This document shows, piece after piece, positions 38,967-52,531 of a stretch of 64,000 bases of DNA (position 1 is its first letter; each line of letters begins with the position of its first letter). Both the position numbers and the translations under genes were made by a program. The stretch comes from Schmidtea polychroa (taxonomy: Eukaryota): contig CM097887.1 of the NCBI GenBank assembly GCA_044892525.1, positions 116,600,397 through 116,664,396 on the forward strand. The letters are read 5' to 3'. The notes below the pieces were generated by a model. That model ran no database searches. It was not told the DNA's origin and worked only from the letters and a program-made list of their open reading frames with translations.

Positions 38967-39787
38967 CAGGGGTTTTCATTATTATATTCCCATGTTTTAA
39001 TTTAAATATTCCCATGTTTTCATAGTTATATTCCCATGTTTTCATAGTTATATTCCCATGTTTTCATAGTTATATTCCCATGTTTTCATTCTTATATTCC
39101 CATGAAATTGATATGAATATAAAACTGGTGCATATAACTCAGAAAGTTTTATAAACTATATTACTGAGAAGCTATCGCCATATTTTAGAAGGTATCCTCA
39201 TAAAATTTTGGTTATGGACAATGCGAGAATTCACAAATCTTCTACCGTATTGCGAACTTTTTCGGATTTGCAAATACCAATAAAATAACTTGTGCCTTAT
39301 TCACCAGAACTTAACCCAATAGAAGAATTTTTTACTATGATTAAATCACGTTTTCATGGTTTACGATTAAATAACACAGAAAGAACAATCGAAATGTGTT
39401 TAGATGATCTATTAACAGCAGGAACGGATTATTCTAATCAATGCGAGGGTTTTTATCTGAATATGCGTAGGTGGCTAGATAAAGCTTTAAGAAGAGAAAT
39501 GTTTATATAAATAAATATTTATACGCTTTATTTTTGTTTATAAATTGTTTTGATAATTTTTTATTTATATAAATATTTAAATATATGTTAACATTTTTTT
39601 ATTTTTATGGGAATATAATAATGAAAACATGGGAATATAAGAATGAAAACATGGGAATATATGAATGAAAACATGGGAATATAGGAATGAAAACATGGGA
39701 ATATAGGAATGAAAACATGCGAATATAGGAATGAAAACATGGGAATATAGGAATGAAAATATGGAAATATAAGAATGAAAAACCCTA
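38967..39787 (+). mobile_element. IS630/Tc1-like (DDE_3) deleted element with tandem-repeat TIRs
   Basis: LVMDNARIHK...*LVPYSPELNPIEEFF; TA-CAGGGGTTTTCATT left end and inverted right end; arrays of ~20-bp atattcccatgttttcat units at both ends. Confidence 0.85.
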
Positions 39788-40062
39788 TAATTGCACTACA
39801 TTAAATTGATGTTTCATGGATTAAAAAATATTTTTTTTATATTCTTGGCCTAGAATCCCAAAATTTTGAATGTGTTTTTTCTATGTGATAAATAAATTCC
39901 GACGGTGTGTTGAACTAATACTAACTGTAATGTTATTATTAAAATTAATTTTATTGGCGAGCTTTATCTCTTCTTATATTCTTCTTTATCTTTATTCAAA
40001 ACGCGCCTATTTTTCTTCTGATTATTTAAACAAGTGGTTTGTTTTTTATAGATCTTTTAGTA

Positions 40063-43000
40063 AGTTACAATTTCTTCACAAATCATAATAATAAATAATG
40101 ATTAATAAATGAAGTATATTTAAATTTCTAATCCAACGTGTCCTTTCTATTATCAAAACAACTATAATTAATAAACATTAATTATTGAACATCACTCTCC
40201 TCTTCATTTTCTTTTTCCAATACTATCTGTTCTAAAAACCGTTCTGTTCTTGGCCATAGGATTTCTTTTGTTCTTCCTAAATCATTCTTTCTACTAGCAC
40301 AAATCTTGCATTTATTAATACATTCCGTAATACTCTGATTCATGGATGGCTAAAATAAAAATCTTTTAAATAACAAAGTTTTCTTAATGCGTAGATGACG
40401 CAGTTCAATATGGAAATAATTTACCAATGTTTTACGTATGTGTCAGGCACTACAACTGCAATTTCTTCATCTGTATTGATCATCAATACGTCGTCTTCTA
40501 TCTGTAATATTTTTGAATACTTGAAAATATTACTACTGATTGTTTCATAAGATATATGATCCTCGTTTCCATTAAAATGTGATATGATTTCTGAAATAAT
40601 TTTGTTTTCGTTTTGCTTCTGTTTAATAATTTCCATAATGTTTAAACTTACCTGTAAACTGTTTATGTACCGAGTTCTACACTTTGTTTCTTTGGCGTCC
40701 TTGTGTTTCATCTGCCAATGAGCGCATATCGTATTATTTAAACGAGACATGCCATCTGCATTTCCATGTTCTTCTCTCTTCCTATATTGTAACTCAAAAT
40801 CGTGTTCAGATAAATTTGCCATTCATGTTTGAAACTGTGGGCTTATTGGTTTCTTTGTAGTGTTCATAAACACCAATGCCTTGTGATCTGTTCTGGCTCC
40901 AAATCTTCCATTTAAATATTGTCTGAAATGTACAATAAACTCGTGGTGCCAACAACTCTTACCTTGTAACACAATATCCCATTTTATGTGTTGTCAAATG
41001 TCTTGAACCATATGCCATCATGCCTTCAGTACCATCTTCCTTAATCTGAGATAAAACTTCACCTATGGCTCCAAAACTAGCATCCATATCAATAATAAAT
41101 AGTCGATCTGCCCTTGGAAATTCTAATATTGGTGCTTCACACAAAAATTTATTTAAATTGATAAAACTACATTTCTACATTCTTCAGTTCAAACAATCAT
41201 TTTATCATTACCTGTCGTTGCTGCATACAAAGGTACTGCTATCATTGAATAATTCTTAATAAATTGTTGATAATAATTCGTTAAACCTAAGAATTATCTG
41301 AATTCTGTGACACTTTTTTGTTCGGTTGCATTTTCAATTTTTGAAATATTTTTATTTGCTTGAATTCCCTTTTCACAAACTGTATGGCCAATGAAATTTA
41401 ATACGCTTTTATAGAACGCGCATTTCTCAGGAATAAATTTTAAACCGGCATCTCTAATTCGTGTGAATACAGAATCAAAATAAATCAAAATCGTGTAAAA
41501 AATACACGATTCATATGTAAATTTAAGGATCTGTTCCACAACCTTAAAAAATCGTAAAAAATAAGACTTATAATCTCAGAACAAATTTCTGATCTTTGCA
41601 CCACTGAAGTTCCACTTTGAACGAAAGCTGGTAAAATTTTTTTCCAACAAACAAGGTTGATTGCCGCAACTGTTTGATGGCAAAAGAAACATGTGTAATG
41701 CAATCCAAAATATTAAACTTTTTCCATGCTTCCATAACATTCAAATTTTTTTCTTCCACTGAATCTAAAATATATTTTAACGTTTGCTTGATGTAGTACA
41801 TTTTAAATGCTGCTATAATACCCCGATCGAGTGGTTGAATCACAGAAGTGGTATTAGGCGGCAAAATCAGCAATTGAATATTCGGATGTACCAGCACTGG
41901 GGTTGCTATGTGCATTATTAGCAAGCAAAAGTATTTTGAATTCTAAACCTTTTTGTGTCATATATTTCTGGACTTCAGGAACAAAACAGTTATTAAACCA
42001 ATCTTTAAACAGATTGGCCGTCATCTATGCCTTTTTATTCGCCATAAAATGAACTGGAAGTTGTTTAATGTCCTTACCTTTTAAAGCTCTTGGCATATGT
42101 GATTTGTTGATTAAGAGTGGCTTCAACATTTTATCACCAGATGCGTTACTGCAAAGCAACAAGGTCACCCGATCTTCGACTGCTTTAAAGCCACCAGCTG
42201 TCTTTTGAGATTTTGCTATGAATGTTCTTTTTGGCATTTGCTTCCAAAACAATGCCGTTTTGTCGGCATTAAATATTTGATCTGGAGTATATCTGCCCTC
42301 TTGAATTATTTTTGCTAGTTCATCCGGATAGTTTTTTGCAGCATTTTCGTCTGCTGATGCCATTTCTCCTTGAATTTTTACATTGTGAAAAGTGTGTCTT
42401 TTCAGAAAACATGTCAGCCATACATGACTTGCATTGAAAGCATTTTTATTAGTTCCCCGACGGTTCAAACTCCTGAAGTCGGTTGTATATTCTAAGTGCT
42501 TTCTCTTTAATAATTTTCCCATCAATAGGAATTTTTTTCCTATAAATCTTCAATCCATAACACCATATGTTTTTCAGTTTTCTCCAAAGTAGAATTTCGA
42601 CTATAAGTTGTTTTTGAACTAAGTGCTGATCCAGAAATTACTGATTGTCGAATGGAACTCTCATTTTTTAATTGTTCTTATTGTCGCTTCGTTTAAACCA
42701 AAAGCTCTGCTAACAGATGTTCAACCTTCGCCACTTCTTAGACAGTCTAGGATTTTTATTTTCTTTTCTAATGAAATTGTTTGTCTCTTCAGAATATGCT
42801 GTTGTTTAGACATTGTATTAATAAGGGCACTGTAAAAACGAAATAAAATAAAATTGCTTATTGCAATTTTCTAAGATAACAATCTAACACAATGTTACCT
42901 TTTGAAAAGTTATTAACAATTCCGATTATGTAATTTGAAGATTTCACCAATTTATCAAAAATAACTAATTTAAACATTAACTTTAAGAACTTTATTGAAA

Positions 43001-43490
43001 TTATATATTGCAGAAAAATAATGTAAATAATTAAAAAAAAAATTTGGAATTCGTGTTAAATCAAAAATAACGTGTAAAAAATTTAAAATTTCTTGGCGAA
43101 CCGTGTTATTTCAAAATCATGTAATAAAAGATTTTACTGTACTTCAAATAGAAGTTTATCATGAGTTTCCTGATTTTCTGCATTTATTAAAATGTCATCA
43201 AGATATACAACCACTCCTTTGAAAATATTTCCTTCCAATATTTGATGCATCAATTTCTGAAAAGGTTCAAGGGCTGTTGACAAATCAAATGGCAACATGT
43301 TAAAACAGAACCGACCCTCTTTTGTACTAAATGCCGTCTTGGTTTGGAAATTTTCATGCAGCCTTACCTAAATCAATTGATGAAAATATTTTTGACTTAC
43401 CGAGACAATCCAATAACAACTGCATGTCTGGTATCGGAAATGAAAACTTTTCTATAACGGAATTTAATAACCTAAAATCTAGACATTCTT
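40063..43490 (-). mobile_element. Gypsy LTR retrotransposon pol remnant (RT, RNase H) with short 3' LTR; integrase missing; RT split by a pogo/Tigger insertion
   Basis: CLDFRLLN...YLDDILI (43140-43490); FTRIRDAGLKFIPEKC...FIGH; FIIDMDASFGAIGEVLSQ; HGNADGMSR; LTR 40063-40191. Confidence 0.9.
41470..43139 (-). mobile_element. pogo/Tigger (CENP-B-like, DDE_1) transposon
   Basis: QIFNADKTALFWKQMP, RVTLLLCSNASG.KMLKPLLI, LPPNTTSVIQPLDRGII. CAG...CTG ends with TA at 41468-69 and 43140-41; removal restores Gypsy RT FEV|FTRIRD. Confidence 0.9.
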
Positions 43491-43509
43491 ATAGAAATTA
43501 TCGAAAATT

Positions 43510-43870
43510 ATCAAAATTTTTTAATAAAATTTTAAAATAATAAAATAATTCCCTTTACTCTTACAGCCTTTATTGTGCTCACTAATAGTGATCAATGTCT
43601 TCGGTCTATAATACTCTCGAGCTCGAATACAGAGATGAAGGGAAGTATCTCCAATGTATATGGCATTACACCCATTACATGTAAACGAGATCAGAACAGA
43701 ATTCAACCGGAGTTTTAAACTTATTAATAAACATATTGCGTACTTTCCATTAAATTGACACTATTCTATAGTTTAAATTCCCTAACTGTTTTCTTATCTT
43801 CCCTTTATAATCCTTAAAACCTTCTGAGTACGCAATACTAACAGAAATTTAGGCTTACCATCCTTACTCT
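43510..43870 (-). mobile_element. Penelope-like GIY-YIG endonuclease fragment
   Basis: FTCNGCNAIYIGDTSLHLCIRAREY. Confidence 0.75.
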
Positions 43871-43874
43871 AGCA

Positions 43875-46143
43875 CAGGGGTTATCAAACTTTTTTCTTTT
43901 TAGGGCCAAATTCTTCAAGAATTAATCAAAATTATAATTTTCGGGCCACACACCGGGTTTCAAAACGGAATAAGACATTGGGTATCAAATTTTTAAATAA
44001 AAAAAAGTAATTTATAATATAAGTTGCATATATTATTTTAAAATAACCAACAGAAAGTATTTTTAATTTTTAAGCGTTTTAATAAAAATTTATGCAAATT
44101 TGAGTTGGATTTATTCAACTGATTTTTATTTGATATTATATAATCAAAATTTGGATCAAACGATGTTGTGTTAATTCGGATCACAGACAACAAATGACTG
44201 TCACTTATTTTAGATCTTGTCTTCAATTTATTTAAGTGCAAAATTGAAAATGTTTTTTCGCAAATATATGTGCTTCCGAATAAAGAAGCCATACGATAAG
44301 CATATTTGATCTTTCTGATACAGGTTCGAAAGAAAAAGGATCATCAAACACAAATAAGTCGTTTTCATATCTTTTAAAATCTTGGAAACGCCTTTCAAAT
44401 TCATTTAGCAATATTTGAAAAGTATCACTATATACTTTTTTGACTTTAAAATAGTTTAGCTTCATAAATCTGATCTGACAAAATAAAATAAATTTCCTTC
44501 TTCAAGTTGATTTTTTATCAATATTAATTTTCTCTCTGTTGCTTTAACATGTTTATACAAAATATGTGCAAATTTGCTCTTTCCCTGTAATATAAACTAA
44601 AAACCCTAAATCGCATAACCAATTAAAATCACATAATTCAGAAATCTGCATTCCCTTTTCAGTAAAAAAAGCTAGAATCTCTCTTCTCAGAAAAAAAATC
44701 TTTTCAAAGTAGAATGAGCGCTAAGCCACCTAACAGATGAAAAATAAATCACATCTCCAAATTCTGCTCTCGATTCTTTTAAAAATAGCTGAAATTGTCG
44801 GTGGTTTAATGCTGTATTTTTAATAAAATTTACTGTCTTTATAACTAAGTCCATAACATGATTCCTCTGTAAAACACGCCCGACAAGAGCTTCTTGGTGT
44901 ATTATACAGTGATAATGAATAAGTTTATTTCCGGTACAAGTAAAAGCTTTCTCTTTCAAAAGAGCAACCATTCTTGATTTATAACCCATCATACTTGGAG
45001 CCCTATCAGTAGAAATTCCAGACAGCAAATTAATATTTATTTTATTTTCATCGAGTGAACTACATAGGGCTTAAAAAATGTCAATTCCTCTTGTGGTTCC
45101 CTTTAAACTTTCAAGTGATAAGAGCTCTTCAACCACATTAAAATCTTGTGTGACACCACGAATAAATATTAGAAGCTGGCAGTATCAGTGATATCAGTGC
45201 TTTCATCAAGTGCAAGTGAAAAAGCGAAAAATTTTTTTGAATTTTTTTGCAACTGTTCTTTAATATTATTTCCAATATCATCAATTCTACAAGCGATTGT
45301 CATATTTGATAAACTAATTTCATTAAACAATGATTTGTTATAAGGACAAACTATGTCTACTACTTTCAACATGCATTGCTTTATAAATTCACCATCAATA
45401 AATGATTTATTTTTTTAGCCATTTCTTGTGCTATTAACATAGCTAGATAATACTGCCGCTTGATTCTGTTCAAATATTATTTTAAAGATTTTTTGCTGAG
45501 TACATATTTGATTCTGAAGCTTTTCCAAATTTTCCTTTCTTATCTCTCCACTTAAATTATCATATGAGCTGTGATTGGTATTATAGTGGCGTTTGATATT
45601 GTATTCCTTTTTAACATCCGCAATATGATTACATATTAAACATATAATCTTATCTTCATTTTCAATTACAAAATAATCCAACATCCATTTATTTTGAAAC
45701 TTTCGTTTTTCTCATTCATAACTATCTCAAATTAAATTTTTTTTTTTAAAATTAATCAAATAAAATATAAAATTTTAAATCAAGTTTTGTAGCGGCTATA
45801 AATAAACAATGTAAATATGATTAAATAATAAAAATGGGAGTTAAACATATATTATAGTTTTTTTATGAAGATAATTATGTAATTAGATATTTTTTTATTA
45901 ATGAAGATTATTTTTTAAATGACTTTTATTAAAGAAAATTTTTATGCAATAAAATAAATTTTTAATAATCGTTTCTTTTAATATAAAAATTTATTTTTGA
46001 GGTTTTCTACAAAGACAAAATTATTTAAATTGTCAAAAAAATTTCAAAAGCAACATTGAACAATAAAAAATTATGTTTTTAAAACTTACCAAAAAAATAA
46101 TCAGCATTAAATGTTCTCGCGAGCCGCACTTTGTTAACCCCTG
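43875..46143 (-). mobile_element. Full-span degenerate hAT (Buster/Charlie, GTF2IRD2-like) transposon
   Basis: TIRs caggggttatcaa / ttgttaacccctg; imperfect 8-bp duplication ctctagca / ctctaggg. Fragments CLICN...IKRHYNTNH, FSLALDESTDITDTA, STDRAPSMMG, HCIIHQEAL, SLFGSTYICEKTFS. Confidence 0.92.
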
Positions 46144-46619
46144 CTCTAGGGCATAGCCGACTTTTGATCCGGAAATCGGTTTCTGTCGGATTTCGACCAA
46201 ACCGATTAATCGGTATCGGCACCAGCACGAAAGGCTGATCCAAATAAAAAAGAACGTTTTTTATAAAACATAAAAATATCTGTAGTTAATACAGTATAAA
46301 AATCAGCAGACAAACATAAAACAACACATTCGTGGATGTTCAACATTTATCAAACAACAATGTTAAACAACAAAATCCAAACTCGAAACAAATTCGTAAT
46401 TTTAGTTTAACGATCGTCGATTAATGTTGTCACATTTTTATAAAAAAAAACAGTGATTGCTTCCTCTTGGTTTTCTTGTCTTTAACTATGTTTAACTGGA
46501 TCTTTACGGATCGTTTTCGGAATCGGCAAATTCCAAAATCCGGAATCCGGAATAGGTGGAAAAATGACAATCGTCTATGCCTTACCTTACTCACATTATC
46601 TAATTTACTCACACATCTC

Positions 46620-47050
46620 AACGAAATCACACCCAAATTTTCTCAAACATGGATCCTTAGGATTTTGAATAACCATTCTTAATTAACAATTCAATCAATT
46701 TGTCATCACTTTACTGAATTTACAAAAGTTGAAGACAAAGATCATGAACGATAAATCAATTCCTTCCTCATATTTATTTTATACTTGAATTCACAAAAAC
46801 TTTCGAATGAAGTATAGAGACCAGTATCAGTTGGTTTTCTATAAATCTGTCTCATAGTGTTTCTCTTTGCGTTGCATTAACAGGAAAAAAAGCAAGTGAT
46901 GATTTTTTCTCCGTTTCACATGTGAATATAATGTTTTTATGTAGACTATCCATATAATGCAAAAACGGCTCAACAAGTCCCTGATTTTCAAATATAAGAG
47001 AAATATCATCCACATACCGTTTATAAGCAGTGGGTTTCATACATTGGAAA
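46620..47050 (-). mobile_element. Penelope-like RT/thumb fragment
   Basis: YKRYVDDISLIF...FLHYMDSLHKNIIFTCETE; YRKPTDTGLY; KNGY. Confidence 0.8.
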
Positions 47051-47807
47051 AATTGAATTTTCTTTTCTCGTAGCGAATACTACAGTTTTCTCTGAATTTT
47101 CTTGTACTATATTCATTAATTTTCGAATTTTCTTAATCTTGCTAGTTTTCTCTGAGCATATTTCTAAAGCTCTATTGAAATAAAATTACAATTTTCTAGT
47201 TTTATACATTTCATTTCATCGAGCATCTTATCACTGAAAGTAATTTTGAAGAAATCAATTTTCAAATATTATCCAATGTTGATTCGAGGTTCAAAATTTT
47301 TTAATATACTTTAAATGATCTTTAATTTCTTGCGACGCATGTTTCTCAAATTTTGCAATTTTTTCTGAGAGTATAATTTCTGTCAAACATCCTGCTTGTG
47401 ACGCCAATGGATAAAGTATAAATCAACTATTAATTTATTCCAATACAAATTAATTAATAAATATCATGTTCGTGAATTATCCTTATTTAACAATTATTAT
47501 AAATATGTCAATATGTGATTTCAAGGTCAATCACATGTTTGACATCGTATATTACATCATATAATGGTTTTTCATCATCAACTTTGTTTACTTCTTTTTC
47601 TGTTTTTGTACTTTTTTGCATTTTGACACTTTCTGAACATATTCGGATGAATCCATTCTCGCCATGATTTCATCCTCATCTGACCCGTTTTTCAAATTTT
47701 AATCCGATGATTTGTTGATCTCTTATGATTTTGAATTTTCCACATTACTTTTTAATTATATAATAATTTTAACAACCCAAGAAAATTTATCTAATGAATT
47801 ATTTTAA

Positions 47808-49000
47808 CCCTTGAATATCTGGAAAAAAGTTACGTTTTTACCTAAACATGACCACAGTGGTCACTCCATAATTAATTAGAAAAATATGCCAACAAATAAA
47901 AATTAGATGCTAAACATTTCTTGCAAATCCTAATCTCCATTTTATGCCCCTCACAAACTTATTCACAGCACTGATAACAAGTTTTTCGGCTTTTCTTCTT
48001 TGATCTTTTTTCGCCTATGGCAAAATCCTATTTATACGGTAGTTTTAAACTTCTTTTGTGGGTTTTGAAGATTGTCTTCCTCATTATTTTCTATAAGTTC
48101 CTCGGATGGCGTCTTTAAAAACTCTGTTGACTGTTTTTTGTTGAAAAAACCAGCCATTATATGCAGCCACATCAAATATATTGTGAAAAATACCCATAGG
48201 CAAACGGCTAATAGGCATTTTAGTCGAAAAGCACCTAATTACCTGATCTAATAAATCTACACTTGCTCTTATCGAGTTGTAATATTATGATCTCAGACTT
48301 ACAGGTAAAATTATTTATTTCGGGTATTCTATGTTGAGTGATAAGCAGGATAATAGATTTCTTCTTTGGGTTGAATTTCACAAGAATTAAAAATCCTTTG
48401 TTCTTCCTCACGGCTCCAATCATCGTTGTTTGTATCGAGAATAAGTATCTTGTTAATGATATAGTGGTAAAAAAAAGTTATCAGTAGTGATATTTCTACC
48501 TTTCTAAGGCCATATTTTCCGTCCAAAATTCTCACAGGTTGTAATTTTTTCTTTCATTACCCCGATGAGATAAAGGGATTCCATTGAAATATTCAATTCT
48601 TGCCTGTTAATCTTTATGAAGTTTTTCATCTTCAATTTATTCATTAGTACATTTTAAAATAGTTTCAAGCATTGAAAAATTAATAAAATTTAAAACATTT
48701 TGCCGGAGTTTCCGCACATGAGTTAAGATTTTGAAAATCCAATCTTGACAAGTTTGTCTCTCATTCATTGTCGGATTATGATACCACTTTTCTCCATCTT
48801 TTGATTGAAAACATGGCATCAAAGTGGTGCTCCCTAGTTTAATTTCAATATCAAATGACATCGTCATCTTCATTGATAAGCGCTGGTATCAATAACTTAG
48901 TCTCTTTCTTCCGATAGTTTGACGTCATTGTCTAGATCGCTTGATTCAGAGTCGCTAGCTTGAATAAATCTTATAGATTTTTAACGTTCATTTGAGAATA
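47808..49000 (-). mobile_element. piggyBac transposon remnant
   Basis: MLETILKCTNE; IGAVRKNK; KSEII; C-terminal Cys-rich KTCYQCCE*VCEGH; TTAA-CCC terminus at 47804-47810. Confidence 0.75.
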
Positions 49001-49074
49001 TTCAAGGTGTCATTTTCAAAATACAACTGCTATATTATAAACAATAGATAATGAATATTCAGACATTTCTTTAT

Positions 49075-50600
49075 TGATTTATAACATCTAAATTCATCCG
49101 CAAGATTTAATACAGATTCTTTGGTTCCGATTTTATCATAACCTTTTTCGTTATATAAAAGAACATTAACATTAACATTAATAAAAGAACATAATAAATA
49201 TGCTAGGCAAAATACAGTAGGCAAGCTACTATATGGGGTTTTCTATTTTCCTGAGTGCCATTTTATGGATACGGGCACAATCATCCGTTTACTTTTTCTT
49301 GAGTCATTGATAGAAGCCTCTATGATTCTCATATGTTTCTCTGGAACCTTTGATAACTCTTTCTATAATCTTAGCTTTTACTCTTCATACCCGAGGCCCA
49401 ATTTTCTGAATACATCATTATTCCGTTTGTCCCATGTTCCAAGGGAGCACACAACGAATGTTTCTACGGATGTGTATATATTTGTTGCTTCTTGTATGTC
49501 TTGTACTAATTTTCGATACTTTGTCTGGTTTTTTGTTCATGATGCCTCTATTGTTATTTTGTCATCAAAAGGGCATTTTATATCTATTATCATTATATGT
49601 TCTTTTGTTCTGACTACGATGTCTGGCTTCAGCATTTCTTTGGCCTCTTTGGATTTTTTCTCTGTCTCGAAGTTTATTTGTTTGACTCTTAGTATTTCTT
49701 CTACTGCTTTTTGGATTTCGTTATGCTTGTCAGTTCTCATCCTTGTTCCTCTTTACATGTTTAGTATGTGAATGGATGATTCATGCGGATTTTCGCAGTT
49801 TCTGCATTTTGTTCTTCCTAGTCTTCCTCCTTGGTTGGATTGTTTCATATTAAGGTCTAGCATGTTAGCTCTAGCCTTAATTATGAAGCGCCATTCGTAG
49901 TCTTTGAGGTTTTTAGGCATTTTCCACTCTGTATATTCTGATTGTGGTAGCCTGAGTATATGGCCTTGGCAGTTTGCCTCAGTCCATTTTTGGAAATATG
50001 CTTCTCGAATCATCCAGTAGAGCTTTTTTGAGGCTTCATCTAGATGAGGTGGGAATACTTCTTCTGGTTTTTCTTGTGAGTTGCATTTGTTGTTGCATCC
50101 TATACCAATATTTCTCATTATAAAAGTTACCTTTATGTTATGATCTTTATAGAATTGGAGGATTGCGTTTTTTATTCTCTCTAGCCATGATTTTTTGGCT
50201 GTACTGGATATTTTATGTATATATGTCCCATCTAACCATTTCAATGCGCCAGGCAGTGAACTGATAGGACTTTCTGTTCTAGTTTCGGCTATATCAATCA
50301 ATTCTTCTGTGACTATGTTTACAATTGCCGTGTGTTTGCTATTCATTAATTTTAGGAATCTTGGATTGGATTATTTGTTCATCTACGATTTTTTTAATTC
50401 CAATTCCTCCTTTTTCTTTTGGGGAATAAAAGATTGCGTCCATTAATGGGCTTTTATGTTGTAAATCTAGCACTTGTTTATCTTTAATCATCATTCTGAT
50501 CTTATCGTCAAAGTTTTCGGCGTTAGTTTTTTTTATTTCTTCTGCTTGTAGGACAAATATGAACTTAGAATGGCAGAAGGTATTGTAGGCTTCTATCTTT
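49075..50600 (-). mobile_element. 5'-truncated non-LTR retrotransposon with a restriction-like endonuclease (R2/NeSL/R4-type group)
   Basis: CRNCENPHESSIHILN zinc knuckle, KHNEI, KPDIVV...IIDIKCPF, KYRKL...FVVCSLGTW. Confidence 0.85.
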
Positions 50601-50853
50601 TGATGAGCACTGAGGAGAGTTAAATATAACTTTTGCTTTATTTTCTACCTATTGCAAACGATCAAGAAAAGCAATTAATTAAAAAAAACATTAAAAATAA
50701 TAATCTTAAAAATTGTTATTAATTTCGATTTTAATTTTTTTACAATTTTAAACAAAATTAAAATAAAATTCCAGAATTCTTTACAACACAAAAGAAAAAT
50801 TACAATTTTTAAAAACCAAAACAGATTAAATTCAATCAGTATTTTTATTTTAG

Positions 50854-51271
50854 GTATAAAGTCAATGAAACATGGGATTCTGTTTTTACGACCATTGCAT
50901 CTCCATTTGAAGAATGTAGAGCAGAGTGTGTTGGTCTGTATTTGTGTACCTTACCAGAAATAGGAGATATATTTGGATTTAGCGATCAAGCAAAACTTAA
51001 CGATATTGTATTCGTTAATTGGTTGTCAATGATTAAGTCGTCGCTAATGTCCATGGAATTTTACACCCCTGAACAAAAAAGGTGGCGCCAAGCGCATTGT
51101 CATGCCCGTTATGTCATTCTACAAGTCTTATTAGAAGCTGGGCAGGATTTGTTAACAATTGAAACAATTACTGCTGAAGATGGTCGCCCAGATTTATTTA
51201 TTCATCTTGACCGTTCTAAAATCATAACCGTTGGTCGACCGGCAATTGGGGAATTTTTGAAACGTTTACAA
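50854..51271 (+). CDS. DPP3: Dipeptidyl peptidase III exon 2
   Basis: Acceptor at 50853; YKVNETWDSVF..IASPFEECRAECVGLYL, WRQAHCHARYVIL; donor GTAAGA at 51272. Confidence 0.95.
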
Positions 51272-51963
51272 GTAAGAATAGTGCTTATTTTAAATTTTGA
51301 ACATTTTTTGGAGACAGGTTTATTATTATATTGATTAATTAGTTTGAAATTACAATCTGTTCAAGTGTTATTCACAAATAATTTTAGATAAAATTATTAT
51401 TATTGTTATGATTTAAATATAATTTACAGAAATCTCACATACATAAGTACATATTTGTGTTAATCTTCATTTGCCCACATAAATTATTTAAAATCTAAAT
51501 ATTGTTCACTTTTGACAGATAATTATCTCGATGATTGCTTGTGATTTGCATCCAGTCAAATTATTTGGAGATTGGCAAAAATAAACAATGTCAAATATCT
51601 CATTTATTTATATTATTGTAAAACAATAAAAAGTTGTATCGTTTTTATTTTTTGTTTTTTACTCCCAAAAACGTTTAGACAAATAATAATATTGGATCAT
51701 TTTTTAATACAGACAATATTAAACGTTCAGTATTTTGTTGGGGTTCAACAAAAGAGGTACAAAAATGAGGTTTAAAATCAATAAAAACACTAAATTCACA
51801 ATAAAATTTAAAGTACAAAATATTAAAAAAAATCAAAAAAATTAATAATGAATATTTTCCGGGGAAACTGGTATGGGTGAATGCCGAATAATGAGACGAG
51901 TTCAACTATAATAAAATCAATTGAGAGTCCCTAGAAGGAATAAATTACAAAAAATTAATTAAC

Positions 51964-52015
51964 TAATGGAGAACCCGAGCTAATGGGAAACCCGAGCTAA
52001 TGGAGAACCCGAGCG
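51964..52015. repeat. Three tandem 17-bp repeats (taatggagaacccgagc)
   Basis: Directly visible; lies within a moderately GC-rich stretch, 51860-52330. Confidence 0.85.
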
Positions 52016-52510
52016 ATGTGAGGGAACCTGAATTATCAGAGACAATTAAATTAGCCGACTCAAAATCAAATTGGGGCAAGCCGTCAAAGGAGACGGACAA
52101 ATTCCTCAAAGCGACAAGAGAAAGCCCAGGGTGAAATTGGATCCGTACTAATGTACACGGCGAAATCAAATTACGTACCAGAAAGGGAGATCTCCAGTTG
52201 GAAGATTTATCCCTACGTAAGATTTACAGTTGTATTGAAAAGTGCAGACCAAGAAGGGTTGTATCAAGTGTGGTTGAATCAATAAAAAGTGTAACTATTA
52301 GTCTAATTTTGTGTTGGGTTGTTTATTTAATTTCAAAAAGAACACAAAGGAATCAGGCAGTGATACCGACTTGCACAAAATACCCAAAATATTTTAATTA
52401 AAATGCTCAGTAATTTGTGGTTCAGTAAATAAGATAATTTTGTTCAGTAAAAAAGATTATAAAATGTTGAGGTTTCGTTAATCAAAAGCCCCAACCTTAA
52501 TGGTTCTTTC

Positions 52511-52531
52511 ATATATATATATATATATATA
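52511..52531. repeat. (AT)n microsatellite
   Basis: atatatat run. Confidence 0.9.
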
